In this document: positions 13,790-24,970 of the stretch, in pieces
Layout: each line of letters opens with the position of its first letter
Numbering within the stretch: the stretch's first letter is position 1
Made by a program: the position numbers and the translations under genes
Notes under the pieces: generated by a model
Told to the model about the DNA's origin: nothing
What the model saw: the letters and a program-made list of their open reading frames with translations, nothing else
Databases searched by the model: none
Origin: Somniosus microcephalus
Taxonomy: Eukaryota
Assembly (NCBI GenBank): GCA_052327205.1
Contig: CM126227.1
Location: forward strand, 51,398,001 to 51,462,000
Direction: 5' to 3'
DNA length: 64,000 nt

Positions 13790-14890
13790 CTGTGACTGGG
13801 TCTGTGTCTGGGCGTCACTGTCTCTCTGTGTCTGGGCGTCACTGTCTCTGGGTCTGTGTCTGGGTGTCACTGTCTCTGGGTCTGTGTCTGGGTGTCACTA
13901 TCTCTGGGTCTGTGTGTCACTGTCTCTGGGTCTGTGTGTCACTGTCTCTGGGTCTGTGTCTGGATGTCACTGTCTCTGGGTCTGTGTCTCGGTGTCACTG
14001 TCTCTGGGTCTGCCTCTGGATGTCACTGTCTCTGGGTCTGCCTCTGGATGTCACTGTCTCTGGGTCTGCGTCTGGGTGTCACTGTCTCTGGGTCTGCCTC
14101 TGGATGTCACTGTCTCTGGGTCTGCCTCTGGATGTCACTGTCTCTGGGTCTGTGTCTGGGTGTCACTGTCTCTGGGTCTGTGTCTGGGTGTCACTGTCTC
14201 TGGGTCTGTGTTTGGGTGTCACTGTCTCTGGGTCTGTGTTTGGGTGTCACTGTCTCTGGGTCTGTGTCTGGGTGTCACTGTCTCTGGGTCTGTGTCTGGG
14301 TGTCACTGTCTCTCTGTGTCTGGGCGTCACTGTCTCTGGGTCTGTGTTTGGGTGTCACTGTCTCTGGGTCTGTGTCTGGGTGTCACTGTCTCTGGGTCTG
14401 TGTCTGGGTGTCACTGTCTCTGGGTCTGTGTCTGGGTGTCACTGTCTCTGGGTCTGTGTCTGGGTGTCACTGTCTCTGGGTCTGTGTCTGGATGTCACTG
14501 TCTCTGGGTCTGCCTCTGGATGTCACTGTCTCTGGGTCTGTGTCTGGGTGTCACTGTCTCTGGGTCTGTGTCTGGGTGTCACTGTCTCTGGGTCTGTGTC
14601 TGGGTGTCACTGTCTCTGGGTCTGTGTGTCACTGTCTCTGGGTCTGTGTGTCACTGTCTCTGGGTCTGTGTTTGGGTGTCACTGTCTCTGGGTCTGTGTC
14701 TGGGTGTCACTGTCTCTGGGTCTGTGTCTGGGTGTCACTGTCTCTGGGTCTGCCTCTGGATGTCACTGTCTCTGGGTCTGTGTCTGGGTGTCACTGTCTC
14801 TGGGTCTGTGTCTGGGTGTCACTGTCTCTGGGTCTGTGTTTGGGTGTCACTGTCTCTCTGTGTGCAGGTCTGTGTCTGGTGTCACTGTCA
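13790..14890. repeat. 28-bp minisatellite (TGTCACTGTCTCTGGGTCTGTGTCTGGG)n
   Basis: Tandem periodicity; source of ORFs 13750..15060, 13856..14917, 13884..14921. Confidence 0.97.
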
Positions 14891-15405
14891 TTGTGTGGGC
14901 AATGTTGCTCTCACTAGATGATACTCAAGGAAAAAGCAGTGTATTTTCTCTTTTGCATTCTAACAGCGTCCTTGAAGCAGATTGGACTGGATTAGTTCCA
15001 CTTGCTGAACCTTCGCTGGCAGATATAGACACTAAAGACACTTCAGCCACTGAGAAATAATAATACATTATCTGTGTACTCTCACAGGGAGCAGTGAGAG
15101 CCAGTACGAGCTCAGCTAGCAGCCAGGCCCCTTGGCTTGGGGTTGGGATTGAGTCTGGTAGCATGAAAATGGTGGCTGTGTTGGGAAAGATGAAGTGAAG
15201 TGTTGTCCAGTGGGGCATGGGCCCTATGAGCACACGAAACACAACGTCCGGAGTGTCCTGAGCCAGGCATACTCTGGGACGATGATCCAAATGCCACGTT
15301 TAACCACTGCCTGTTATGGAGTTCTGTAAAACAACTGCCCTTTGAATTACACGATCATGAACAGCTCAGGGTTGTTTTTAATTCACTGATGGTGGAAGTA
15401 CTCAC

Positions 15406-15550
15406 TGAGAATTTCTCGTACAGCTGGTAGGTTAGCAGTGGGTTGGGTAACTCTCTGAAGTAGAGCTTGCACAGCGACCCAACACAATGGATATCCTGGA
15501 GGTAGAGATCCTTCGTTAACTCAGGGATCTGCTCAGAGTCAAACTCATGC
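15406..15550 (-). CDS. ARHGAP32: ARHGAP32 coding exon (HEFDSEQIPELTKDLYLQDIHCVGSLCKLYFRELPNPLLTYQLYEKFS)
   Basis: Acceptor tttgtAG 15552-15551, donor GTGAG 15405; 145 nt; CG|G=Arg junction; KLYFRELPNPLL RhoGAP motif. Confidence 0.95.
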
Positions 15551-17039
15551 CTACAAAAGAAATGAGACATAATCGGCTTCCAGTAACTCAGTTGCTAAAA
15601 CACAGACAGGAAGATATACAGTGCACATTTCACCTGATCTTCCTTTCCCAGTCAGCTGTGCAAGTTTGCAAATGAAGCTGAACTCTTTATCACAACTTCA
15701 GCATCACTGCAATTCCTGCAGGCAGCCACTGAGAGTTACACACACCAAGCCATGGCATCTGATTGGAACATAGGAACAGGAGGAGGCCATTCAGCCGCTC
15801 GAGCCTGTTCCACCATTCAATTAGATCACGGCTGATCTCTGTCTTAACTCCATCGCCCCGCCCTGGTTCCATAACCCTTAATACCCTTGCTTAACAAAAA
15901 TCTATCAATCTCAGTTTTTTAATTTTCAATGGGGCTAGCCTCAACAGCTTTTTTTGCAGGGGGGGGGGGGGAAAGAGTTCCAGATTTTCACTACCCTTTG
16001 TGTGAAGAAGTGCTTCCTGGCATCACCCCTGAACGGCCTGGCTCTCATTTTAAGGTTCTGCCCCCTTGTTCTGGACTCCCCCCACCAGAGGAAATAGTTT
16101 CTCTCTCTCTACCCGATCAACTCCTTTAATCATCTTAAACACCTCGATTAGATCACCCCTTAATCTTCTTTACTCAAGGGAATACAACCCTGTAATGTAT
16201 GTACCTTTAAGGGGGGGAACTACTTTTTACAGCTCATGTATACTGTAGTACCGGCAGTGACCACACCTGTATATAACGTTGAGTAGTAATCTGTACAGAT
16301 CAGTTGCAGTCTGAGCCACGTTGAGTAAACACCGTTTGTACCGTTCTCCGCAGTCTGTGTCTGATTATACACGGACGTAACATTGGCGACGAGGCAGATT
16401 CGAACCTACCTGCAACTCTGCATCACCTCCCAGGGATTCGCTCCTGGAGAACAGCGGAAGAAGATCGAGGCCAGAAGCACGGGCGTTGACCACGGGCAAC
16501 CGCCCAGTCATCCAGCGGAGATTTGAGCATCGCAGGGGAGGCTGTCGAGAGCCAGGCTTGGCTTTCCACTCACGGTGGTCCAGCGAAACGGGCTGGCAAC
16601 AGGTACTGCGCAGACCCTTCCTGGACAGCGGCGGGCTAGAGCCCGACCGAGTGGCACAGAAAAAGGCCGAGCAGCGTCGACGGGGGAGAGAGGGCAGAGC
16701 GCACAGGGTGCAGCCGGTGTTCAGGACCGAGCGGCGTCAATGGGGGAGAGAGACGAGAGAGAGCAGAGCGCAGCCGGTGTTCAAGGGCCGAGCAGCGTCA
16801 ACGGGGGAGAGAGGCGCGCAGGAAAACGTGAGGCGCTGCCATTGCCACGAGGACCGCAGAGAGCGGCGTTGGCAGCAGCGCAGGAGCAGCGCGCGAAACC
16901 CACAGGGCGTCGCCATTTGCCACGAGGACCGCCGAGAGCGGCGTTGGCAGCAGCGCGGGAGACGCCATTTTAAGCCGCAGCGGGGAAGAAAGGAAAGCGC
17001 GGGAGACGCCATTTTAAGCCAGTCTAACCACACCCAAAA

Positions 17040-18242
17040 ATGCCGAAGAGTGGCAGTATCACAGCGTTCGACAATGAAGTCGAAGATTGGACGACATATG
17101 TCGAACGCATAGAAGTATACTGCAAGGCGAATGAAGTGCCAGATGACAAGAAAGCGCTGGTATTGTTGAATTCAATGGGTGCAAAAACGTATGGCTTACT
17201 ACGAAACCTAGTAACCCCAGAGAAGCCAGTAGAAAAGGATTTTGAAAACATGGACCACTTAAACCCCACACCGCTGCTGATAGCAGAAAGATTTAAGTTT
17301 CACAAAAGGAACCAGCATAAAGATGAAAGTAATGCTGAGTATTTAACGGAACTGCGCAAGCTATCGAAACACTGCCAGTTTGGAACGGGACTAGCAGATA
17401 CCTTAAGGGACAAGTTTGTGTGTGGGCTTCAAAGTGAAGGAACCCAGAAACGGCTTTTATCTGAAAAGGACCTTACGCTGGAAAAGGCTTTCAGCATTGC
17501 GGTATCATATGAAGCAGCAGCACGGGGCGCTGCAGAGATACAACAGAGACCGCAAGAATATGGCACAAACGAAATGTCATATGGAACAGAGAAGTGCTAT
17601 AGCTGCGGCAGAACAACACACGACCAGAATGATTGCTGGTTCAAAGACAAAGTGTGCAGACAGTGTGGAAAAGTAGGACACATAGCACGAGTCTGCAGGT
17701 CGGGAAAGAAAACCAGCAATAAGAAACCGACCAAAGGAAAGTACAAGAAGGTACATAAGATAACGGAGAATAGTTCAGACGAACAAAAGAGTGATAACGA
17801 CTCCGAAAGCAGGGAACTGAGTTGTCTGAAACTACATAATGTGATCACAACAGAGGATCACCGAACCATTTGGGTCACTCTCAAGGTAGCAGGAGTCCAG
17901 GTAAAGATGGAATTGGACACAGGATCAGCCCTAACAGTCATAAACCGACGGGACTATGAGCGGCTATTCTCACACATACCCTTGAGAGACACAAAAATTA
18001 TTTTGAAGACGTACACGGGGCAAAAAGTCTACCCCAAAGGAAAAATAAGGGTGACCGTTATATATAACGGTAAGGAAACACCAAAACTAGACCTGTATGT
18101 ATTGCAAGATGGAGGACCACCATTACTGGGACGTGAAGGGATCCGGAAAATACAACTGGATTGGCATTCCATACAGGCACTGACTGTGGCTGACAAAAAG
18201 GATGACGACGTCACACCTGGGCGACTGTCAGATCCTAACTGA
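17040..18242 (+). CDS. gypsy Gag with two CCHC zinc knuckles plus aspartic protease
   Basis: CYSCGRTTHDQNDC and CRQCGKVGHIARVC knuckles; LDTGS protease motif; stops at a frameshift before RT. Confidence 0.9.
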   Translation: MPKSGSITAFDNEVEDWTTYVERIEVYCKANEVPDDKKALVLLNSMGAKTYGLLRNLVTPEKPVEKDFENMDHLNPTPLLIAERFKFHKRNQHKDESNAEYLTELRKLSKHCQFGTGLADTLRDKFVCGLQSEGTQKRLLSEKDLTLEKAFSIAVSYEAAARGAAEIQQRPQEYGTNEMSYGTEKCYSCGRTTHDQNDCWFKDKVCRQCGKVGHIARVCRSGKKTSNKKPTKGKYKKVHKITENSSDEQKSDNDSESRELSCLKLHNVITTEDHRTIWVTLKVAGVQVKMELDTGSALTVINRRDYERLFSHIPLRDTKIILKTYTGQKVYPKGKIRVTVIYNGKETPKLDLYVLQDGGPPLLGREGIRKIQLDWHSIQALTVADKKDDDVTPGRLSDPN

Positions 18243-20970
18243 CGCGAAAGAAGTGTTCCAGCAAGGACTCGGAACACTAAAAGGCATGACAGCGATGATT
18301 AAAATTGAAAAAAACGCAAGCCCAAAATGTTTTAAGGCCAGACCTTATGCGACCCGCCCAGCCGTCGAAGCAGAGCTGGAGAGTCTGGAACGTTCAGGTG
18401 TACTGTCCAAGGTAGACTGGAGCGAGTGGGCTACACCCATTGTCCCTGTGATGAAAAAGTCGTTGAGCAGCACGCCTGGGGAACCAAGGAAGGTTCGCAT
18501 CTGTGGGGGCTTTAAGGTAACAGTGAACCCGGTCCTTCACGCCGTACAATATCCACTTCCGCGGATTGAAGATATTTTCGCCTCGCTATCTGGAGGGAAA
18601 CGCTTCACTAAGATTGATCTGGCCCAGGCGTATCTGCAAATGGAGGTAGAAGAAGCATCAAAAAAATACCTCACAATCAACACCCATAAAGGTCTCTACC
18701 AATACAACCGGCTGGTATTCGGGGTAGCATCAGCTCCGGCTATTTGGCAGAGGGCAATGGAACAAGTCCTGCAAGGGATCCCAGGGACCCAGTGTTATTT
18801 GGACGACATCCTGGTCACGGGCGAAAATGACAGTGATCACCTTGCCAACCTGGAGCAGGTGCTCACTAGATTGCAGGAATATGGGCTCCGAGCTAACCGC
18901 CCCAAATGCAAGTTTTTTAGAAAACAGATCTCGTATTGTGGCCACGTTATCGATAAAGAGGGGCTACATAAGTCCCCAGAGAAGATTGAGGCAGTAGTCA
19001 AGGCTCCAGCACCGGAAAATGTGTCACAACTGAGGTCGTTCCTCGGGCTGGTAAACTACTACCATAAGTTCTTGCCAAATTTGTCTACAATACTACACCC
19101 ACTGAACACCCTACTGCAAACTGGGGTGCCATGGAAGTGGAGTGACGAATGTAGACGAGCTTTCCAGAAGAGCAAAACACTAATCACATCGAAAGAGGTA
19201 TTGGCCCATTACAACCCAGCATTACCAATTCGGTTGGCATGTGATGCGTCACCCTACGGCATTGGAGCGGTGCTGTCGCACAAATTCTCGGACGGCTCAG
19301 AGAGGCCAATAGCCTTTGCGTCACGATCACTAACCTCAGCCGAGCGTAACTACGCCCAGATTGACAGGGAGGCCCTCAGCCTAGTGTGGGGAGTGAAAAA
19401 GTTCAATCACTATCTGCACGGGCAGAAATTCACCTTGCTGACTGATCACCAGCCTCTTGTCTCCATTTTTAATCCAAAGAAGGGCGTTCCGGTGATGACT
19501 GCGCAACGACTACAAAGATGGTCACTTTTTCTAGGGGCACACTACTATGAGATTGAATATAAGGGCACGAAACAGCATGGAAATGCTGATGGGCTATCAC
19601 GCCTGCCACTGCCTACTGCGGAGGAAGCACCAGCAGCGGATCCTGTCGAAATATTCCATTCGACTATAGTTGAATACCTATCGGTAACTAACGCTTGTAT
19701 CAAAAAGGAAACCCGAAATGACCCGACACTGTCTCGGGTATATGATTTGACGGTGAAGGGATGGCCAGCACATGGCAACTCACTGTTGCCAGCATTCTCG
19801 ACAAGGAGAGAACAGCTGTCAGTGTGCCGGGGGACCTTGATGTGTGGATCCCGAGTGGTAATTCCACCCAAGTTAAGGGATAGAGTGCTCAATGAGCTTC
19901 ATGAGGGTCATCTGGGAGGAGTAAAAATGAAAAGCCTAGCCAGGGCTTATGTGTGGTGGCCGGGAATCGATAAACAAATCGAGGACCTGACCAAGAGCTG
20001 CTCAGGATGCCAGAAAGTCCAAAGCGCACCACCACAGGCCCCTCTACACCCATGGGAGTGGCCCTCATCTCCATGGCAACGGGTGCATATTGATTTTGCT
20101 GGTCCATTCATGGACTCAATATTTTTAATAGCCGTGGATGCGCACTCGAAATGGCCTGAGGTCATCAAAATGTCCTCCACCACCACGGAGAAAACTATTG
20201 CAGTCCTACGGACCATTTTTGCCAGGAATGGCTTGCCAGAACAGATTTGCTCCGATAACGGGCCACAGTTTGTGTCCGAAAAGTTCCGGAGGTTCTTGAA
20301 AAAGAATGGGGTAAGGCATTACACATCCGCCCCGTATCATCCAGCCACAAATGGATTGGCTGAGAGGTTCGTACAAACCTTTAAGAAGGCAATAAAGGCT
20401 ATGTACAATGACAACATTCCGCTGCAGCACAAGGTGGACAATTTCCTGTTCGCCTACTGGAATGCGACACATGCAGTCACCAACCAGGCCCCAGCCATGA
20501 TGTTCTTTAACCGAAGGTTAAGATCTCGCCTGGATTTGCTCAGACCAAACGTACGAAGAGATGTTGAGAGTAAGCAATTCCAGCACATCCATGAGAAGCC
20601 AACAAGGAGCTTCAATGTAGGGCAACCAGTCTTGGCCCGCGACTACCGAACAGAAAAATGGCAGCCAGGAACGATATGCACACGGCAGGGCCCACTAATG
20701 TACACAGTGGACGTTGGGGAGAGCATCGTGAGACGCCATGCTGACCAGATCCTAGAGTCACAAGAACAAGTCAACCCCATGCCTCGCCCATACGTACCTG
20801 GTGATGAACCCGACGTACAGGTAGCATCTACCCCAGAAACAGTAGCATCGGAAGCTGATGAACCAACCGACGACAGGGGGCCAGAATCGCCTCCGCACCA
20901 AGAGCAAGACACTCGGGAAAGGCGCTATCCAGAAAGGATCAGGAAGCCTCCCCAAAGACTGAATTTATAA
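18229..20970 (+). CDS. gypsy Pol: reverse transcriptase, RNase H, integrase (frameshifted from gag-PR)
   Basis: YLDD, CDASPYGIG, HEGH...CSGC zinc finger, HIDFAGP / SDNGPQF / NGLAER DDE integrase motifs. Confidence 0.93.
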   Translation, partial: QILTDAKEVFQQGLGTLKGMTAMIKIEKNASPKCFKARPYATRPAVEAELESLERSGVLSKVDWSEWATPIVPVMKKSLSSTPGEPRKVRICGGFKVTVNPVLHAVQYPLPRIEDIFASLSGGKRFTKIDLAQAYLQMEVEEASKKYLTINTHKGLYQYNRLVFGVASAPAIWQRAMEQVLQGIPGTQCYLDDILVTGENDSDHLANLEQVLTRLQEYGLRANRPKCKFFRKQISYCGHVIDKEGLHKSPEKIEAVVKAPAPENVSQLRSFLGLVNYYHKFLPNLSTILHPLNTLLQTGVPWKWSDECRRAFQKSKTLITSKEVLAHYNPALPIRLACDASPYGIGAVLSHKFSDGSERPIAFASRSLTSAERNYAQIDREALSLVWGVKKFNHYLHGQKFTLLTDHQPLVSIFNPKKGVPVMTAQRLQRWSLFLGAHYYEIEYKGTKQHGNADGLSRLPLPTAEEAPAADPVEIFHSTIVEYLSVTNACIKKETRNDPTLSRVYDLTVKGWPAHGNSLLPAFSTRREQLSVCRGTLMCGSRVVIPPKLRDRVLNELHEGHLGGVKMKSLARAYVWWPGIDKQIEDLTKSCSGCQKVQSAPPQAPLHPWEWPSSPWQRVHIDFAGPFMDSIFLIAVDAHSKWPEVIKMSSTTTEKTIAVLRTIFARNGLPEQICSDNGPQFVSEKFRRFLKKNGVRHYTSAPYHPATNGLAERFVQTFKKAIKAMYNDNIPLQHKVDNFLFAYWNATHAVTNQAPAMMFFNRRLRSRLDLLRPNVRRDVESKQFQHIHEKPTRSFNVGQPVLARDYRTEKWQPGTICTRQGPLMYTVDVGESIVRRHADQILESQEQVNPMPRPYVPGDEPDVQVASTPETVASEADEPTDDRGPESPPHQEQDTRERRYPERIRKPPQRLNL

Positions 20971-21409
20971 ATAGACTATTTTCAGCTAATGTTGCATGTT
21001 AAAAGTGTTAATTGTAATTAGTTTGATATTTAATTGTTAAATGAGTGTTATGGTACTGTTAATCTAAAAGGGGAGGAATTGTAATGTATGTACCTTTAAG
21101 GGGAGGAACTACTTTTTACAGCTCATGTATACTGTAGTACCGGCAGTGACCACACCTGTATATAACGTTGAGTAGTAATCTGTACAGATCAGTTGCAGTC
21201 TGAGCCACGTTGAGTAAACACCGTTTGTACCGTTCTCCGCAGTCTGTGTCTGATTATACACGGACGTAACAAAGCCCAGTCTGTGCAACCTGTCCTCATA
21301 ATTTAAACCCTTTTAGCCCCAGTATCATTCTGGTGAATCTGAGTTGTACCCCCCTCCCAGGCCGATATATCCTTCCTGAGGTGCGGTACCCAGGCTGAAC
21401 ACAGTGCGC

Positions 21410-21680
21410 CAACGTCCCAAGGCGCTTCACAGGAGTATTGTAAGACTAAAAATTTGACACCGAGCTACATAAGGAGAAATTAGGGCAGGTGACCAAAAGC
21501 TTTGTCAAAGAGGTAGGTTTTAAGGAGCGTCTTAAAGGAGGAAAGAGAGGTAGCGAGGCGGAGAGATTTAGGCAGGGAATTCCAGAGCTTAGGGCCTAGA
21601 CAACAAAAGGCACAGCCACCAGTGGTGGAGCGATTATAATCAGGGATGCTCAAGAGGGCAGAATTAGAGGAGCGCAGATA
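21410..21680 (-). mobile_element. L2 LINE 3' fragment
   Basis: GGCAFCCLGPKLWNSLPKSLRLATSLSSFKTLLKTYLF C-terminal peptide; similar fragments near 22175-22310 and 47290-47545. Confidence 0.8.
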
Positions 21681-23699
21681 TGAAACACCACAAGGGGGCA
21701 CAGTGCCTATTTAAATCACAAGAATGGGGCTGTGTGGGGCAACACTGTCACCACAGGGCAGGATGAAGCTTCAAAGCCCATACCAGAGTGTCTTTGTATC
21801 TCAGCTGGAAGACATTACTCAGTGAGAGCAAGACTGCAGGTGACTCAACTCGTGGTTATCTCTTGCACTTGCACATTTTATTTTAACACAAGAGACTTAT
21901 TTAATAATTCCAGACAATACTAAGCAGTGTGAGTAAGTTTCACCACAGAGATCTGAGCATTGAACAGCCAGGGGAATGGGGCAGAGGCCAAAGGAAGAGA
22001 TGGCTTATAAAATTCAATAGAATCATTTAAACATCTGCTTATTGTCTATCCTCATGGCACTGGTCTAGGGGTCTGGAACTCATTATATGAAGAAACTGCA
22101 GAACAAACAAACCTTTTTGAAAAGGACTTTGAAAAAGGATCCACACTGTTAAATGATTTAATAACGGAAAATGTAATAACAACTTGCATTTATATAGTGC
22201 TTTTAACGTCGTAAAACATCTCAAGGCGCTTCACAGGCGCGTTATCAAACAATACTCGACACCGAGTCACATAAGGAGATATTAGGAACCAAAAGCTTGA
22301 TCAAGATCTGTCAGTAACAGAATAAACTGATGCCCACAAGAGAAAAGGAATTCATTTCCCTCATTCTGGTAACAGTATGGGCTGGGTAATCGCGCTTTCA
22401 CTGGCAGTGCCAAACTTTCAGAGGATCAGTGCCCATGGTGATTACCCACCCCCCTCCCCATTTTGATTGCCCACTGAATCAATTTGTATTTGAAATAAAT
22501 GATGGCGAACAATCTAAACATTTTCAAGATCTCTCCCCAACACCCCCACCCCCGCATCAAAATAATTTCCTGCTGTGAATATAGCAAAAAACCTACAACA
22601 AAAACATGAATGCCAACCATCAGAACAGTAATCCTCGCTCAGCCGGATCTCAGCCCTAGCTCATACCACCCAGCCTCTCTTACTGAAAATTTCTTACAAT
22701 ACAGACAATATAGTGATGGTCGTGTATCATTAGCACAAACACACACACACACAAGTGGTACCCAGTTATCACATGTACTCGATACTTTTCTGTACAAAGA
22801 CTGGCACATCACTGACAGAATAATCACTAGCCTGCAGCTTACACAGCCTCTTGCAGTAAACATTCAGGCAATCACAGGCCTCAAGGGCTAATGGGGAATC
22901 CTCCATCTTCATGTTCTGAAAGGGACACGTTTAAACATTCAGTTCAGACTGGGGCTGGTCTTTCACTGTTGTCCTCCAGTTTTACACCATTACTGTCTGA
23001 GTGAAGGGAACACAGTCTAACCACAAGCAAGCCTCAGTCATCAGAAAACACCATCCTACTAGGAATTCATTAACTTTATTAGTCCAGAGCACACACAGTA
23101 GGATTCCACTGGGGTACCACTGCCAAACATTTATATTCAGCACCTAATCACACCCGCCAACCCAAAACATAAAGAAAAAAAGAATTTGTACTTTCACTGA
23201 TGATAGGCAGGCAATACCTTTAACACAGGCTCCAAACAGCATCTCGACCAGAATCTAATCCCATATAAATCTCTAAAACGTTAAAAAAGCAGCAAAACCA
23301 TACTTTGACATTCTTCAAGCATAAAATGTACCACAGCCAAGTACTGTAAAATTAGAACACTCGATGGGACAGGAACTAGAAGTGATCATGGGGTGGGGTG
23401 AATGTGGAGAGACTGGAACAGAAAAACCTGGTTTGTGTAAACTCTGCAGTTCTACCCACCCCTAGAACGTTGCCCCTCTCCAAAGACACACAAAGCATTA
23501 TACTTATTATGTTTTGATCTGATCAGTTAATGCTATTTGTCCATAAGTGACGATTCTGTACTCATCCCAAGGATAGTCTGGCCTCTAAGGGGATTAAGGA
23601 GTCGACTTGGTACCTTTCCATCGGGAGTTAGGTTATTAAGAGTGGCACTTTGTGGAAATTACATCTCAATCACTTGATGGGCCTGGTGCTTAGCTACAC

Positions 23700-24095
23700 A
23701 GGTCACAAATCCAAAGTACTTTATTTTTGAACTGTAGTCACGATTGTTATGTAGACAAATCAATGGCCAATTTACATACAGGACAAACAGCAAATGAGAT
23801 AAATAAGCAGTTCATTTGTTTTAGGCATTAGTTGAAGTATAAGTATTGGCCAGGACACAGGGAGAACTCCCTACTCTTCCTTGAAAAGGGCCGTGGGTTC
23901 TTTCACATTCTGAACATGTAGACAGGGCCTCGATTTAATGTCTTATCTGAAATATGACACTTGCGACAATGCAGCACTCTCTCAGTACTGCACTGAAGTG
24001 TCAGCCTGGATTATGCACTCAGATCCTGGTGTGGGGATTAAACCCATGGCTTTCTGACCCAGAGGCAACAGTGCTACCATTAAGCCAAGTGGACA
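23700..24095 (-). mobile_element. Degraded Deu-domain SINE copy
   Basis: Similarity to the 10312-10730 and 41843-42258 copies. Confidence 0.65.
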
Positions 24096-24159
24096 CTTGT
24101 ACTAATCATTTATCCAGTGCTACATTCTGGGAAGTGCATATACTTGTAGCCATCAGGCA

Positions 24160-24970
24160 AGGAATCTGTACCCCAATGAGAGTCAGTGTCTGTGGAACCT
24201 GTATCCCAGTGAGAGTCAGTGTCTGTGGAACCCATACCCCGGTGAGAGTCAGTGTCCGTGGAGCCTGTAGCCCAGTGGGAGTCAGTGTGTGTGGAACCTG
24301 TACCCTAATAAGAGTCAGTGTCTGTGGAACCTGTACCCCAGTGAGAGTCAGTGTCTGTGGAACATGTACCCCAGTGAGAGTCAGTGTCTGTGGAACATGT
24401 ACCCCAGTGAGAGTCAGTGTCTGTGGAACATGTACCCCAGTGAGAGTCAGTGTCTGTGGAACCTGTACCCCAGTGAGAGTCAGTGTCTGTGGAACCTGTA
24501 TCCCAATGACAGTCAGTGTCTGTGGAACCTGTACCCCAGGGAGAGTCAGTGTCTGTGTAACTGTACCCCAGGAAGAGTCAGTGTCTGTGGAACTGTACCC
24601 CAGTGAGAGTCAGTGTCTGTGGAACCCGTACCACAGTGAGAGTCAGTGTCTGTGGAACTGTACCCCAGTGAGAGTCAGTGTCTGTGGAACTGTACCCCAG
24701 TGAGAGTCAGTGTCTGTGTAACTGCACCCCAGTGAGAGTCAGTGTCTGTGGAGCTGCACCCCAGTGAGAGTCAGTGTCTGTGGAACTGTACCCCAGTGAG
24801 AGTCAGTGTCTGTGAAACTGTACCCCAGTGAGAGTCAGTGTCTGTGGAACTGTACCCCAGTGAGAGTCAGTGTCTGTGGAACTGTACCCCAGTGAGAGTC
24901 AGTGTCTGTGGAACTGTACCCCAGTGAGAGTCAGTGTCTGTGGAACTGTACCCCAGTGAGAGTCAGTGTC
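24160..24970. repeat. 33/32-bp minisatellite (GGAAC[C]TGTACCCCAGTGAGAGTCAGTGTCTGT)n
   Basis: Tandem periodicity; 33-bp units on the left, 32-bp units on the right. Confidence 0.96.

Larger units (their letters stand above)
16191..21271 (+). mobile_element. Full-length Ty3/gypsy LTR retrotransposon, 192-bp LTRs at 16191-16382 and 21080-21271
   Basis: TGT...ACA LTRs with one visible mismatch; PBS TGGCGACGAGG at 16384; PPT AAAAGGGGAGGAA 21066-21078; domain order gag-PR-RT-RH-IN. Confidence 0.97.
15765..21410 (-). mobile_element. CR1 LINE 3' fragment split by gypsy insertion (pieces about 15765-16190 and 21272-21410)
   Basis: CR1-type 3' tail (GGCTGAATGGCCTCCTCCTGTTCCTATG on minus); ORF2 C-terminal sequence continues across the LTR element (...gaatacaa / aagcccagtctgtgcaacctgtcctcata). 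Confidence 0.75.

Noticed and set aside
14925-15050. Possible cassette exon after a tttctcAG acceptor (minus)
   Set aside because: In the frame delivered by exon 15406-15550 it stops after five codons; no strong donor; cannot be supported without RNA data.
13750-15060. Cys-rich 345-436 aa ORFs
   Set aside because: 28-bp minisatellite open in all three frames.
20971-21079. Possible env or extra ORF between integrase and the 3' LTR
   Set aside because: Only about 110 nt of AT-rich sequence; neither gypsy element has room for env.
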